Positions 18,691-28,527 of a stretch of DNA of 64,000 nucleotides are shown piece by piece (position 1 is the first letter of the stretch; each line of letters opens with the position of its first letter). Both the position numbers and the translations under genes were made by a program. Location of the stretch: contig CAXXFV010000016.1 of NCBI GenBank assembly GCA_963674595.2, forward strand, positions 224,001 through 288,000. The letters run 5' to 3'. Source of the stretch: a bacterium (GTDB lineage Bacteria > Zhuqueibacterota > Zhuqueibacteria > Residuimicrobiales > Krinioviventaceae). Under the pieces are notes generated by a model. It ran no database searches, was not told the DNA's origin, and worked only from the letters and a program-made list of their open reading frames with translations.

Positions 18691-20889
18691 ATGATCATGG
18701 AATTAAAAAATATTGCAGTTCTGGATTTTGATTTGGCCTACCTGGCGTTATTGTCACGAGAAGGATTAAAACCTCTCTGCCGATGGGAAAAATCCATCAA
18801 AAAGTCCCATCTGGATGTTTTGAATTCCATGGGATTAAAGACCCGTTGTATAAAACGAAAATTAAAAAACGGTGATTCTTCGGAAGAGGTTGTGTTTAGC
18901 GCTTCCGGCGCCTGGGTTGATTTTTATCAGGCTCAATTTCAAAATACACCATTGATCAAGTCAGACAAAAATATCAGACTAGAAGGTTATTTGTTTGGAT
19001 TTCCGTCCTGCTGTATTGAAAATTTTATACAACACGGCTATTCGTCAAACTTTTTGGCCCGGGAAGATCAACATATTCTTTTTCATTGGTGCTGTCCGGA
19101 TTGCAATATAACCCCGCTTTTGGTGCCTGAATATCGTAAAATATATAATATATGCCGGCACCTTTTCGGTGAAAAAGGTACGATTAAAAATAACTTTTTC
19201 GCCGGTGAAAATGTAAAAAGCCGTTTAAAAACGGCTGCGACATTGTCGCTGATTGTCGGCACATCGTGTCTTGTACCGATTTCAGGCCTTGCGGCGCCTC
19301 ATAATGATGATCCACATTTAACACCTTTTTATGAATACGATGATCATGATCAGGATTATATTAAAGACTTTTTTGAAACAATATTGGGCCTTAATCCTGA
19401 ATTGTTCGATTCGGATGGAGATGGTGTCGCTGACGGCGTTCAGGCGGCAAAAAGTCTTTATAAACAGCTTGCACAATTACCACATGAGCCCCGTACTGAC
19501 GGCCCCTATATAACAGATTATATGATGTATGGGCTTGAAACCTGTTCGAAATGTGATTCGGTTGTAAATATGGGATACGCCGTTATTGTCAATCCGATGG
19601 AAAACCTGTCGATGGATATACCCTATATTGCTTTTCACCATTATCTTTTGCACGGAAGTCTGTCTTATGAAGGTGATGTTCACAGCAAGGATGATATTAA
19701 TCCGGCACTGCTGGATGTCATTCTCAATGGTAAAGGTTCCTCTCACATTTATTCAGTAAATGGTGATACGGATGAGGATGGATTGACTGATTTGGAAGAA
19801 CCTTTTTGCGGAACAGACCCGACTCAAGCAGACAGTGATCAGGACGGTGTTTTGGACGGCCGGCAGACTGCCATCAAAATAGCAGAGCTTGTGGAAAGTT
19901 TGCCTCTTGTGCAAAAGCAAGATTCTCTTTATGCTCAAGATTATTCGTATGATGGTGTAGAACGCTGTTATATTTGCGGACAAACTTTTAATATGGGATA
20001 CCGAAAAATTATCAATCCTGTTAAAAATCTGACCTATGACCTTTCATATATTACCATTCATTATTTAAAATGTGGTGGTTTTACCTATAATGGAGAAGTC
20101 CATTCTGATCGTATTGATATCAAAGCTTTATTAAATGTCATTAGCTTGAATAGTGATGACCACGAATTATTTGTATTGACAGACAATGACCAGGATGGCT
20201 TGAATAATCAGGAAGAAAGTGAGCTGACGCTTGATCCGCAATGCTGGGACTCTGATATGGATGGAATCGGAGACGGCGCGGAACTGGCTCACCTTTTATA
20301 CGATAGAATTCAGCAGTTACCGATTGTGAACCCGGCTGATCAAATTTACAAAATTGATTATGCGCAGCGAGGCATAGAAGCCTGTGGTGTTTGTGCCCAA
20401 GATGTTAACATGGGGTATATTGAGCTCGTAAATCCGGTGACTGCTGAATCTCTCAAAATCGATTATATTGCACTGCATTATTTGCAGCATGGTTCTTTTT
20501 CCTATTTCGGAGCCATTCATCAGGGGAGGGTTGATCCTGTGCAGTTGGCAACGTTTTTTAACGAGCTTGTAACAAATGTGGACGATGAAAATGATCCAAC
20601 GCCGGTACAATTGCTGCTGGGTCAAAACTATCCCAATCCCTTTAATCCTGAAACGGTTATTCCGTTTCAGGTTCATGGTGATCAGGTATTATCTCTTTCT
20701 GTGAAAATTTTTAATGTTTTAGGGAAGGAAATTTGTACCCTCTTTGAAGGGCAAAAGGAAAAAGGGCAATATTCACTTTTGTGGAACGGTCAGGATGATC
20801 AGGGTGAGATAATGCCGTCCGGCGTTTATGTTGTGCAAATAAAATCAGGACACTTTAAACAGTCGCGTTTTATATCTCTTTTAAAATAA
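18691..20889 (+). CDS. Multidomain protein: DUF483-like N-terminus, internal signal-like segment, 3x Ca/Zn-motif repeats, T9SS/FlgD tail
   Basis: LFGFPSCCIENF...FHWCCPDC; KSRLKTAATLSLIVGTSCLVPISGLAA; three DxDxDG + GxExCxxC..NMGY..HYxx(H/C)G repeats; QNYPNPFNPET. Confidence 0.8.
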   Translation: MIMELKNIAVLDFDLAYLALLSREGLKPLCRWEKSIKKSHLDVLNSMGLKTRCIKRKLKNGDSSEEVVFSASGAWVDFYQAQFQNTPLIKSDKNIRLEGYLFGFPSCCIENFIQHGYSSNFLAREDQHILFHWCCPDCNITPLLVPEYRKIYNICRHLFGEKGTIKNNFFAGENVKSRLKTAATLSLIVGTSCLVPISGLAAPHNDDPHLTPFYEYDDHDQDYIKDFFETILGLNPELFDSDGDGVADGVQAAKSLYKQLAQLPHEPRTDGPYITDYMMYGLETCSKCDSVVNMGYAVIVNPMENLSMDIPYIAFHHYLLHGSLSYEGDVHSKDDINPALLDVILNGKGSSHIYSVNGDTDEDGLTDLEEPFCGTDPTQADSDQDGVLDGRQTAIKIAELVESLPLVQKQDSLYAQDYSYDGVERCYICGQTFNMGYRKIINPVKNLTYDLSYITIHYLKCGGFTYNGEVHSDRIDIKALLNVISLNSDDHELFVLTDNDQDGLNNQEESELTLDPQCWDSDMDGIGDGAELAHLLYDRIQQLPIVNPADQIYKIDYAQRGIEACGVCAQDVNMGYIELVNPVTAESLKIDYIALHYLQHGSFSYFGAIHQGRVDPVQLATFFNELVTNVDDENDPTPVQLLLGQNYPNPFNPETVIPFQVHGDQVLSLSVKIFNVLGKEICTLFEGQKEKGQYSLLWNGQDDQGEIMPSGVYVVQIKSGHFKQSRFISLLK

Positions 20890-20940
20890 CAGCCTGTTAA
20901 AAAGATATTTGCCGGGAAAATATTCTGTGGGAGGATTTAG

Positions 20941-21936
20941 TTGAAAAAAATTGTCGGGTATTTGTTGATTGCGATTGTAATGACACTAAGCGCCTGTCAT
21001 GACAATTCCGTGACGTCCTCATTTCAATTCGGGGAGCCGGAGCATATTCTGACCGGTTATTTTGTTCAATCCATAACATTTGACCATGAAGGAACGGCCT
21101 GGATTGGGACGCTGAAGCAGGGCCTGTTAAAATATGATACTAAACCCTTTCATTTTGACTCGTCAAACTCTATTTTACCGGATTCATTTTCTGTCGGAGC
21201 AATGGATATCGACAATTTGGGTCGTGTATGGATAGGATCGAATATTGGTCTGATGAAGTATGATAATAACAAATTCACAAAATTTGACAAATCCAATTCT
21301 CCTATCAAATATTATATATACGCATTATCCGTTGACCATAATAATTCTGTGTGGTTTACCAATGGTAATATTTACAATGGCGGCCTTGTACAATATGACA
21401 ATGAAAAATGGAACGTTTATACACCTGAAAATTCGCAACTCACAACTACAGTTATTTATGATATTGAAGTTGATAACGAAAATAATAAATGGTTTGTTTG
21501 CTTTGGCGCTGTCATAAAATATAAGGATAATCAATGGACATATTACAGGACTGAAAATGCCGGTATCAAATTGGATTATTCGTATCAACTGGCATTTTCA
21601 AATTTTAATGAATTGTGGGTGTTGTGCGATTATTCCTATTCTTCCCTTGCATATTCTGCTAAAGATCCAACTGTTTTAAAATTCGACAAGAGCAAATGGA
21701 GCATACAGAACCCGCCTGATTTTGATGGTGAAAGAACTATGGCAACGGAAATATACAGCGATAGTAAAGGATGGGTGTGGCTGGCACGGGGAAACGAGTT
21801 GATTTATTATTATCTCGGAAAGTGGAATTATTGCTGCAAGGTGCCGTCTACTATTTTTGACATTAAAGAACGTAACAATAATCAGATATGGCTGGGCACT
21901 GGTAATGGTATTTATATTATAAATGAATTTTTATAA
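20941..21936 (+). CDS. Beta-propeller lipoprotein (two-component regulator propeller-like repeats)
   Basis: TTG start after GGAGG; lipobox LSAC; repeats DxxGxxWIGTxxGL..YD, NSxLP. Confidence 0.82.
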   Translation: MKKIVGYLLIAIVMTLSACHDNSVTSSFQFGEPEHILTGYFVQSITFDHEGTAWIGTLKQGLLKYDTKPFHFDSSNSILPDSFSVGAMDIDNLGRVWIGSNIGLMKYDNNKFTKFDKSNSPIKYYIYALSVDHNNSVWFTNGNIYNGGLVQYDNEKWNVYTPENSQLTTTVIYDIEVDNENNKWFVCFGAVIKYKDNQWTYYRTENAGIKLDYSYQLAFSNFNELWVLCDYSYSSLAYSAKDPTVLKFDKSKWSIQNPPDFDGERTMATEIYSDSKGWVWLARGNELIYYYLGKWNYCCKVPSTIFDIKERNNNQIWLGTGNGIYIINEFL

Positions 21937-21948
21937 AGTTATTTCTGG

Positions 21949-22566
21949 TTATTTATTTTTTATTACAAAAATCGCCAGATCGGAAAACAGGTTTGTGTTC
22001 AGGCAGCATAAAGCTCCGGCTTGTTTTTCTTTCAACATATTTATCTGCTTTACGATGGAAATATTTTCTTCTCTACAAAAATTTACAAAGTCCTTCAATG
22101 TCGATAGGTGGATGTTGGGTGTGTCATACCATTCATAGGGTAAAAGTTTGGACCCCGGCATAACGCCTTTAAAAAACAACTGTGAGCGCAGACGCCAGTA
22201 ACCGAAATTCGGCAAACTGATGATACAGGTTTTACCGACGCGCAGCATTTCTTTTATAACAAGGTGGGGGTGATAGACCACTTGTAACGTCCGGCTGAGG
22301 ATAACATAATCAAAGGATTTGTCCGGATAATCGCTCAGGCCTTCATTCAGGTCGGCATGCACCACCGGGACGCCGTTGTTGATACATTCATAAATATATT
22401 CATGATAAAGCTCTACACCATGTCCCTGGACTTTTTTTTCTGTAATAAGCTGTTTTAATAATTCTCCGGTCCCGCACCCCAAATCCAAAACAGAACTGTT
22501 TTCCGGAATCAAATCGGCGATAAGCTTGAGGTCTATACGTATGTGTTGAATTTTATCTTGTGTCAT
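21949..22566 (-). CDS. metW: Methionine biosynthesis protein MetW
   Basis: VLDLGCGTG, DYVILSRTLQ, PNFGYW, LPYEWYDTPNIH; adjacent to metX. Confidence 0.93.
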   Translation of the reverse strand: MTQDKIQHIRIDLKLIADLIPENSSVLDLGCGTGELLKQLITEKKVQGHGVELYHEYIYECINNGVPVVHADLNEGLSDYPDKSFDYVILSRTLQVVYHPHLVIKEMLRVGKTCIISLPNFGYWRLRSQLFFKGVMPGSKLLPYEWYDTPNIHLSTLKDFVNFCREENISIVKQINMLKEKQAGALCCLNTNLFSDLAIFVIKNK

Positions 22567-23712
22567 TTAACGTCCTTCATAAACGTGTGTCAAAAAGCCG
22601 GAGATCATACGTTCCATTCCCTCATTGGGTAATAAAAATGCATCATGACCATAGGGGGATGGAATTTCGCAAAAGGAAACATCTTTTCTGTTTATTTTAA
22701 GCGCTTTGACCATTTTTTTTGAATCTGATGTGCGGAACAGCCAGTCTGAAGAAAAAGAAAGTATTAAAAATTTTGCTGTTACATTTTTAAAGGCTTCTTC
22801 CAAAGAACCGTGCTCCCGCTTCAAATCAAAATAGTCAATGGCTTTGGTAATATAAAGATATGTGTTGGCATCGAAGCGGCGAATAAAAGTTTCTCCCTGA
22901 TGTCGCAAATAACTTTCCACCTGAAAGTCGGTTTCAAAATCAAATCCATAGCGTTCTTTTTCCTGGAGACGTCTGCCGAATTTTTTATGCATGGATTCTT
23001 CGCTGAGATAGGTAATATGGGCCAGCATTCTGGCAACGGACAGGCCCTGAGATGGTATCGTGTTTTTTTGCGGATAATCTCCATTGTGCCAGTTTGCGTC
23101 CGCATATATTGCCTGACGACCGACTTCGTCAAAGGCAATTCCCTGGGCACTGAGACGACTTGTCGTTGCAATGGGGATGGCCGATAACGTCCTTTCGGGA
23201 TATTCAATGGCCCATTCGAGCACCTGCATGCCGCCCATGGACCCGCCGATGACGGATAACAGTTTTTCAATACCCAGTGAATCGATCAGTTTGACCTGCG
23301 CTTTGACCATGTCACCGATGGTAATGACCGGAAAATGAAGATTGTATGGTTCGCCGGTTTGCGGATTGATCGAAGAAGGACCGGTCGATCCTTTGCAGCC
23401 GCCGAGAACATTTGAACAGATTATAAAATATTTGTCCGTATCAAAAGGTCTGCCGGACCCGATCATAAAGTCCCACCAACCCGGCTTGGCGTCCTGTTCG
23501 CTGTGATAACCGGCGACATGGGCGTCTCCGGAAAGGGCATGGGTGATTAAAATGGCATTGTCCCGCTTGTCGTTTAATGTGCCGTATGTTTCATAGGCAA
23601 GCGTAATCGGGCCGAGCATTTCTCCGCTTTCAAGCTGCATTTTATCCGGTGGTTCGGCAAACGTTATAGATTGAGGTTCGACAATGCCTACGGACCCTGT
23701 TTTGTCTGTCAT
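22567..23712 (-). CDS. metX: Homoserine O-acetyltransferase
   Basis: [28 protein letters not shown] nucleophile, GHDAFL. Confidence 0.95.
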   Translation of the reverse strand: MTDKTGSVGIVEPQSITFAEPPDKMQLESGEMLGPITLAYETYGTLNDKRDNAILITHALSGDAHVAGYHSEQDAKPGWWDFMIGSGRPFDTDKYFIICSNVLGGCKGSTGPSSINPQTGEPYNLHFPVITIGDMVKAQVKLIDSLGIEKLLSVIGGSMGGMQVLEWAIEYPERTLSAIPIATTSRLSAQGIAFDEVGRQAIYADANWHNGDYPQKNTIPSQGLSVARMLAHITYLSEESMHKKFGRRLQEKERYGFDFETDFQVESYLRHQGETFIRRFDANTYLYITKAIDYFDLKREHGSLEEAFKNVTAKFLILSFSSDWLFRTSDSKKMVKALKINRKDVSFCEIPSPYGHDAFLLPNEGMERMISGFLTHVYEGR

Positions 23713-23747
23713 CCGTTTACTCCTGAATTGGAATGTTATGGTTATCT

Positions 23748-24722
23748 CTATAATCCGGTTTTTTCATCATAAATTCCTTCATAAAGTGTACTGGAAAGAT
23801 AGCGTTCGCCGGAATCCGGTAAAATGACGACAATGGTTTTTCCGGCAAATTCGTCCAGGTTTCCCAAACGTATGGCGGCTGCTGTCGCCGCTCCGCTGGA
23901 AATACCAGCCAGGATACCTTCTTCACAGGCCAGTCGTCTGGCAATATCAAAAGCCTCTTCGTTTGATACCTGTTCAACCCTGTCAATAACTGACAGGTCA
24001 AGATTTTTCGGGACAAATCCGGCCCCGATGCCCTGAATTTTATGAGGACCCGGTTGAATGGATTCATTATTTAATGTTTGTGAGATGACCGGACTTGCTG
24101 CCGGTTCTACAGCTACTGAAAGTATATTTTTCTTTTTTGTGTTTTTTAAAAACCGGCTGATGCCTGAGATGGTCCCGCCGGTACCCACGCCTGCGACCAA
24201 CACGTCAACAGCGCCGTTTGTGTCATCCCAAATTTCAGGACCTGTTGTGGTTTCATGGATTTGTGGATTTGCCGGATTTTCAAACTGCTGCAAAAGCACA
24301 TATTTTTTCGTGTCGCCCTCATAAATTTGTTTGGCTTTTTCAACCGCTCCATTCATGCCTTTTGAGCCTTCTGTTAAAATAAGGTTCGCTCCAAGGGCCT
24401 TGAGGATTTTTCTGCGTTCAATGCTCATACTATCCGGCATGACCAATGTACATCCATAACCCCTGGCGGCAGAAACAAAAGCCAGGGCAATACCTGTGTT
24501 GCCGCTTGTCGGTTCAATGATTTCTTTTCCCGGTTTTAGAAGACCCTTTTTCTCCGCATCCCAGATCATGGAAGCCCCGATACGGCACTTTATGGAATAG
24601 GCCGGGTTTCTTCCTTCCGTTTTTGCCAGAATCAGCGCTTTGCTGTCTCCGGTAATTCGGTTGAGCTTGACAAGGGGGGTACGCCCGATTGACAAGCTGT
24701 TATCTAAATAATAAGAATTCAT
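23748..24722 (-). CDS. cysK: Cysteine synthase A
   Basis: [51 protein letters not shown]. Confidence 0.96.
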   Translation of the reverse strand: MNSYYLDNSLSIGRTPLVKLNRITGDSKALILAKTEGRNPAYSIKCRIGASMIWDAEKKGLLKPGKEIIEPTSGNTGIALAFVSAARGYGCTLVMPDSMSIERRKILKALGANLILTEGSKGMNGAVEKAKQIYEGDTKKYVLLQQFENPANPQIHETTTGPEIWDDTNGAVDVLVAGVGTGGTISGISRFLKNTKKKNILSVAVEPAASPVISQTLNNESIQPGPHKIQGIGAGFVPKNLDLSVIDRVEQVSNEEAFDIARRLACEEGILAGISSGAATAAAIRLGNLDEFAGKTIVVILPDSGERYLSSTLYEGIYDEKTGL

Positions 24723-24735
24723 AATAACTCCAAAT

Positions 24736-26025
24736 TTATAATTTATTCAGGGCCTGATCAATATCAGCAATAATATCGTTGATATTTTCAATGCCGATGG
24801 ATAAGCGGACAAGCTCCGGTGACAGGCCGGCTTCTTTTTGCTGTTCTTCAGAAAGCTGAGAATGGGAAGTGCTGGCCGGGTGCAGGGCCAGGCTTTTAGC
24901 GTCGCCAACGTTTGCCAGATGGGAAATTAATTCCACATTGTTAATAAATTTTTCACCGGCCGCGCTGCCGCCTTTTGGGCCGAAAACGACCATGCCGCCG
25001 TTTCCCTTTTTCAGATATTTTTGTGCCAGGGTATAGGAAGGGTCCTTTTTCAAACCCGGATACCGGACCCATGCAACTTTGGGGTGGTTTTCCAGATATT
25101 CGGCAACTGCCTGCGCATTTTGGCAATGCCGCTCCATACGCAACGGCAGCGTTTCAATGCCCTGCAGGAAAAGCCAGGCATTGTCCGGCGAAATACAGGC
25201 ACCAAGATTTCGCAGGGGAACGAGCCGTAACCTCATAATGAATGCCAGCGGATTCAAATCTCCCAAATCGTGTGCGTAACGAACACCATGATAACTGTCA
25301 TCCGGTTCGTTAAATAATTTAAATTTTTTATCGGTCCAGTCAAATTTGCCGGAATCGACCACAATACCGCCGATACCTGTTCCGTGTCCGCCAATCCATT
25401 TGGTCAAAGAATGGCAAACAATGTCGGCCCCGAATTCTATGGGGCGCAGCAGGTAGGGTGTCGTAAATGTGGAATCGACAACAAGCGGCAAGTTGTGTTT
25501 TTGGGCGATTTTTGCAACTGCCTCGATATCTACGACCTGCAAAACAGGATTACCGATCGTCTCCAAATAAATGACTCTGGTTTTTTCAGTAATAGCCTTT
25601 TCAAAAGAGTCGATGGAACCCGGGTCCACAAATTTTGTCGTAATACCAAATTGCGGTAAAATGGAATCAAACATGGTATAGGTGCCGCCGTATAAATTGT
25701 TTGCCGAAACTATTTCGTCGCCTTGGGAACAAATATTAATAATCGTATAAAATATGGCCGAAGTTCCGGAAGAGAGGGCCAGGGCGGCTGCTCCGCCTTC
25801 CAGGGCGGCAACCCGTTGTTCAAGCACATCCTGTGTCGGATTCATAATTCTTGTGTAAATATTTCCCGGTTCTTTAAGAGCAAAAAGATTTGCCGCATGC
25901 TCTGTGTTTTTAAAGTTATAGGAACTTGTTCTGTAAACCGGGACGGCCCGTGAAAGCGAATCGGTGTCCGGTTTTTGTCCGGCATGTAATGCCAGCGTTT
26001 CAAAAGAATATGTGTTTTGGCTCAT
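24736..26025 (-). CDS. metY: O-acetylhomoserine aminocarboxypropyltransferase
   Basis: [49 protein letters not shown]. Confidence 0.95.
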   Translation of the reverse strand: MSQNTYSFETLALHAGQKPDTDSLSRAVPVYRTSSYNFKNTEHAANLFALKEPGNIYTRIMNPTQDVLEQRVAALEGGAAALALSSGTSAIFYTIINICSQGDEIVSANNLYGGTYTMFDSILPQFGITTKFVDPGSIDSFEKAITEKTRVIYLETIGNPVLQVVDIEAVAKIAQKHNLPLVVDSTFTTPYLLRPIEFGADIVCHSLTKWIGGHGTGIGGIVVDSGKFDWTDKKFKLFNEPDDSYHGVRYAHDLGDLNPLAFIMRLRLVPLRNLGACISPDNAWLFLQGIETLPLRMERHCQNAQAVAEYLENHPKVAWVRYPGLKKDPSYTLAQKYLKKGNGGMVVFGPKGGSAAGEKFINNVELISHLANVGDAKSLALHPASTSHSQLSEEQQKEAGLSPELVRLSIGIENINDIIADIDQALNKL

Positions 26026-26037
26026 TTTATCTCCTGA

Positions 26038-26493
26038 TTAGATATAATAAATATAATTACTCTCTTTTTCTTTTAATGCAATTGTCCTTTTCATTATTTC
26101 AGCAAATGTAACGGAATCGACGATTTGTGAAATGGCATTATTAACATCAAGCCATATTTCACGAAAGGCACATGTGTTTTCTTCGCCGCAAGTCGAGTCG
26201 TGTATTTTTTTACCACAGGCAATGGGCTCTATCGGACCTTCAATCAGACGAACAATTTCACCGATTGTAATATTTTCCGGAGATTTGAGCAAAAAGAAAC
26301 CTCCGCCGATACCCCGTTTGCTGTCAACAAATCCCGCGCCTTTTAATATCAGCATAATTTGTTCGAGATATTTAACGGGTATGTTTTGTCTTTCAGAAAT
26401 TGCTGATAAAGGGATGACCTGATTATCGCCGTAATAGAATGAAAGGTCCAGAATTGCTTTAAGTGCATAATCGCCTTTGTATGTAATTTTCAC
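26038..26493 (-). CDS. Rrf2-family regulator (three C-terminal Cys)
   Basis: MKITYKGDYA, YLEQI, SKRGIGGGF, C-x8-C-x5-C; GTG start; heads the Cys/Met operon. Confidence 0.92.
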   Translation of the reverse strand: MKITYKGDYALKAILDLSFYYGDNQVIPLSAISERQNIPVKYLEQIMLILKGAGFVDSKRGIGGGFFLLKSPENITIGEIVRLIEGPIEPIACGKKIHDSTCGEENTCAFREIWLDVNNAISQIVDSVTFAEIMKRTIALKEKESNYIYYI

Positions 26494-26847
26494 AAAAACC
26501 TCAAATGTTATAAATATGACTATATTACTGGTATTTTAATGTTTTCATTTTTTAAATGCAATAAAAAAATTCAATTTTTTAAAATTGTTTTTAAATTTGC
26601 CGGGAATAAAAATAATTGTTTTTTGTTTTCTTATTACTAAATTATAGTATATAAAGCCAAATTAATCGTTTTTTTAGTGTATTCCCCCTTTTTCCGTGTC
26701 ATTCTCTCGATTTTTTAGAGCCGTCGAGATGACATTTCCCCCGAATACACTTTTCCTCGTCCAGAGTTTCCATTTTTTAATTACTTGTTTTCTGTTCGTC
26801 ATAAATCGATTAAAATATATACTATAATAATTAAAAAGGTGTTTAAA

Positions 26848-28524
26848 ATGAGATCAGATAGTGTAAAAAAAGGAATTGAAAGATCTCCGCATAGAAGTCT
26901 TTTAAAGGCAACCGGAGTTAAAGATGAAGATTTTAATAAACCTTTTATAGGTATTTGTAATTCTTATATTGATTTAATACCGGGGCATGTACATCTGCAG
27001 GAATTTGGCCGAAAGGTAAAAGAATCTGTCCGGCAGGCTGGTGGCGTCCCTTTTGAGTTTAATACAATTGGTGTGGATGATGGTATTGCTATGGGGCATG
27101 TCGGCATGAACTATAGCCTGCCTTCACGAGAGCTTATTGCCGACTGTGTTGAGACCGTGGCGGAAGCACACCGGCTGGATGCTTTGGTATGTATTCCCAA
27201 TTGTGATAAAATTGTTCCGGGAATGTTGATGGCCGCTGCCCGTATGAATATTCCGACAATTTTCATTTCCGGCGGACCCATGAAAAAGGGAATTGATTCA
27301 AAAGGAAAACCTGTTGATCTTATTTCTATTTTTGAAGGAATCGGTGAATTTAAAGCCGGCAAAATTTCTGAAACGGATTTGAAAGATTTGGAAGACCATG
27401 GTTGTCCTACATGCGGCAGTTGTTCCGGTATGTTTACAGCCAATAGCATGAACTGTTTGTGTGAAGCGCTTGGAATGGCCTTGCCCGGTAATGGTACTGT
27501 TTTAGCTGTTGATCCGAAGCGGGATGAGCTTATCAAACAAATTGGTACGCGAATAATGGACTTGCTGGAAAAGGACATTAAACCGCTTGATATTATGACA
27601 ACTGAAGCATTTATGAATGCCTTGGCCCTAGATTTGGCCATGGGCGGATCATCCAATACGGTTTTACATACCTTGGCAATCGCCAATGAAGCAGGTGTGC
27701 AGCTCGATTTGGCCAGTTTTAATCCGTTGGCTGATAAAGTGCCCTATTTGTGTAAAGTTTCACCGGCAACCAAAACAGTTCATATTGAAGATGTGGACAA
27801 GGCCGGCGGTATTTCTGCGATTTTGAACGAGTTGTCAAAAATATCCGGTTTACTGAATTTGGATCAGATTACGGTTACAGGAAAATCATTGGGTGAGAAT
27901 ATTAAAAACAGTCCGATTCAGGATAATAATATTATCCGACATCTCGATAATCCCTATGCACAAAAGGGTGGTTTATCGATTTTGTTTGGTAATTTGGCGC
28001 CTATGGGCGGAGTTATAAAAACAGGTGCTGTGGCTGAAAAAATGTGGGATTTTCGAGGACCTGCCCGAATATTTAACAATGAGCAGGATGCTATTGATGC
28101 TATCTATGATGATAAAATTAAACCCGGTGATGTTGTGATAATAAGATATGAGGGACCCAAAGGCGGACCGGGTATGCCGGAAATGCTCTCACCGACTTCT
28201 GCGATTATGGGACGTGGTTTGGGTGATTCTGTTGCCCTGATAACCGACGGACGTTTTTCCGGCGGAACGCGCGGCGCTTGTATTGGTCATGTTTCTCCGG
28301 AAGCTGCTGCGGGCGGCCCAATCGCCGCATTAAAAGAGGGCGATATTATTCATATTGATTTATATAACCGAACGTTGGATATAGATATATCTGAAAAAGA
28401 GTTGAATGAACGGATGGCAACATTACCATCCTTTGAGCCTAAAATTAAAAAAGGTTGGCTGGCACGTTATATTGTTCATGTAACTTCTGCCAACACGGGT
28501 GCAATTTTAAAAATACAAGAGTAA
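26848..28524 (+). CDS. ilvD: Dihydroxy-acid dehydratase
   Basis: [56 protein letters not shown]. Confidence 0.97.
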   Translation: MRSDSVKKGIERSPHRSLLKATGVKDEDFNKPFIGICNSYIDLIPGHVHLQEFGRKVKESVRQAGGVPFEFNTIGVDDGIAMGHVGMNYSLPSRELIADCVETVAEAHRLDALVCIPNCDKIVPGMLMAAARMNIPTIFISGGPMKKGIDSKGKPVDLISIFEGIGEFKAGKISETDLKDLEDHGCPTCGSCSGMFTANSMNCLCEALGMALPGNGTVLAVDPKRDELIKQIGTRIMDLLEKDIKPLDIMTTEAFMNALALDLAMGGSSNTVLHTLAIANEAGVQLDLASFNPLADKVPYLCKVSPATKTVHIEDVDKAGGISAILNELSKISGLLNLDQITVTGKSLGENIKNSPIQDNNIIRHLDNPYAQKGGLSILFGNLAPMGGVIKTGAVAEKMWDFRGPARIFNNEQDAIDAIYDDKIKPGDVVIIRYEGPKGGPGMPEMLSPTSAIMGRGLGDSVALITDGRFSGGTRGACIGHVSPEAAAGGPIAALKEGDIIHIDLYNRTLDIDISEKELNERMATLPSFEPKIKKGWLARYIVHVTSANTGAILKIQE

Positions 28525-28527
28525 GTT

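Noticed and set aside
26785-26847. Ile-rich attenuator leader for ilv-leu
   Set aside because: It is in frame with ilvD, has no stop and no following terminator; an AT-rich extension.
26494-26847. SAM-I riboswitch or T-box
   Set aside because: Conserved core motifs not found on either strand.
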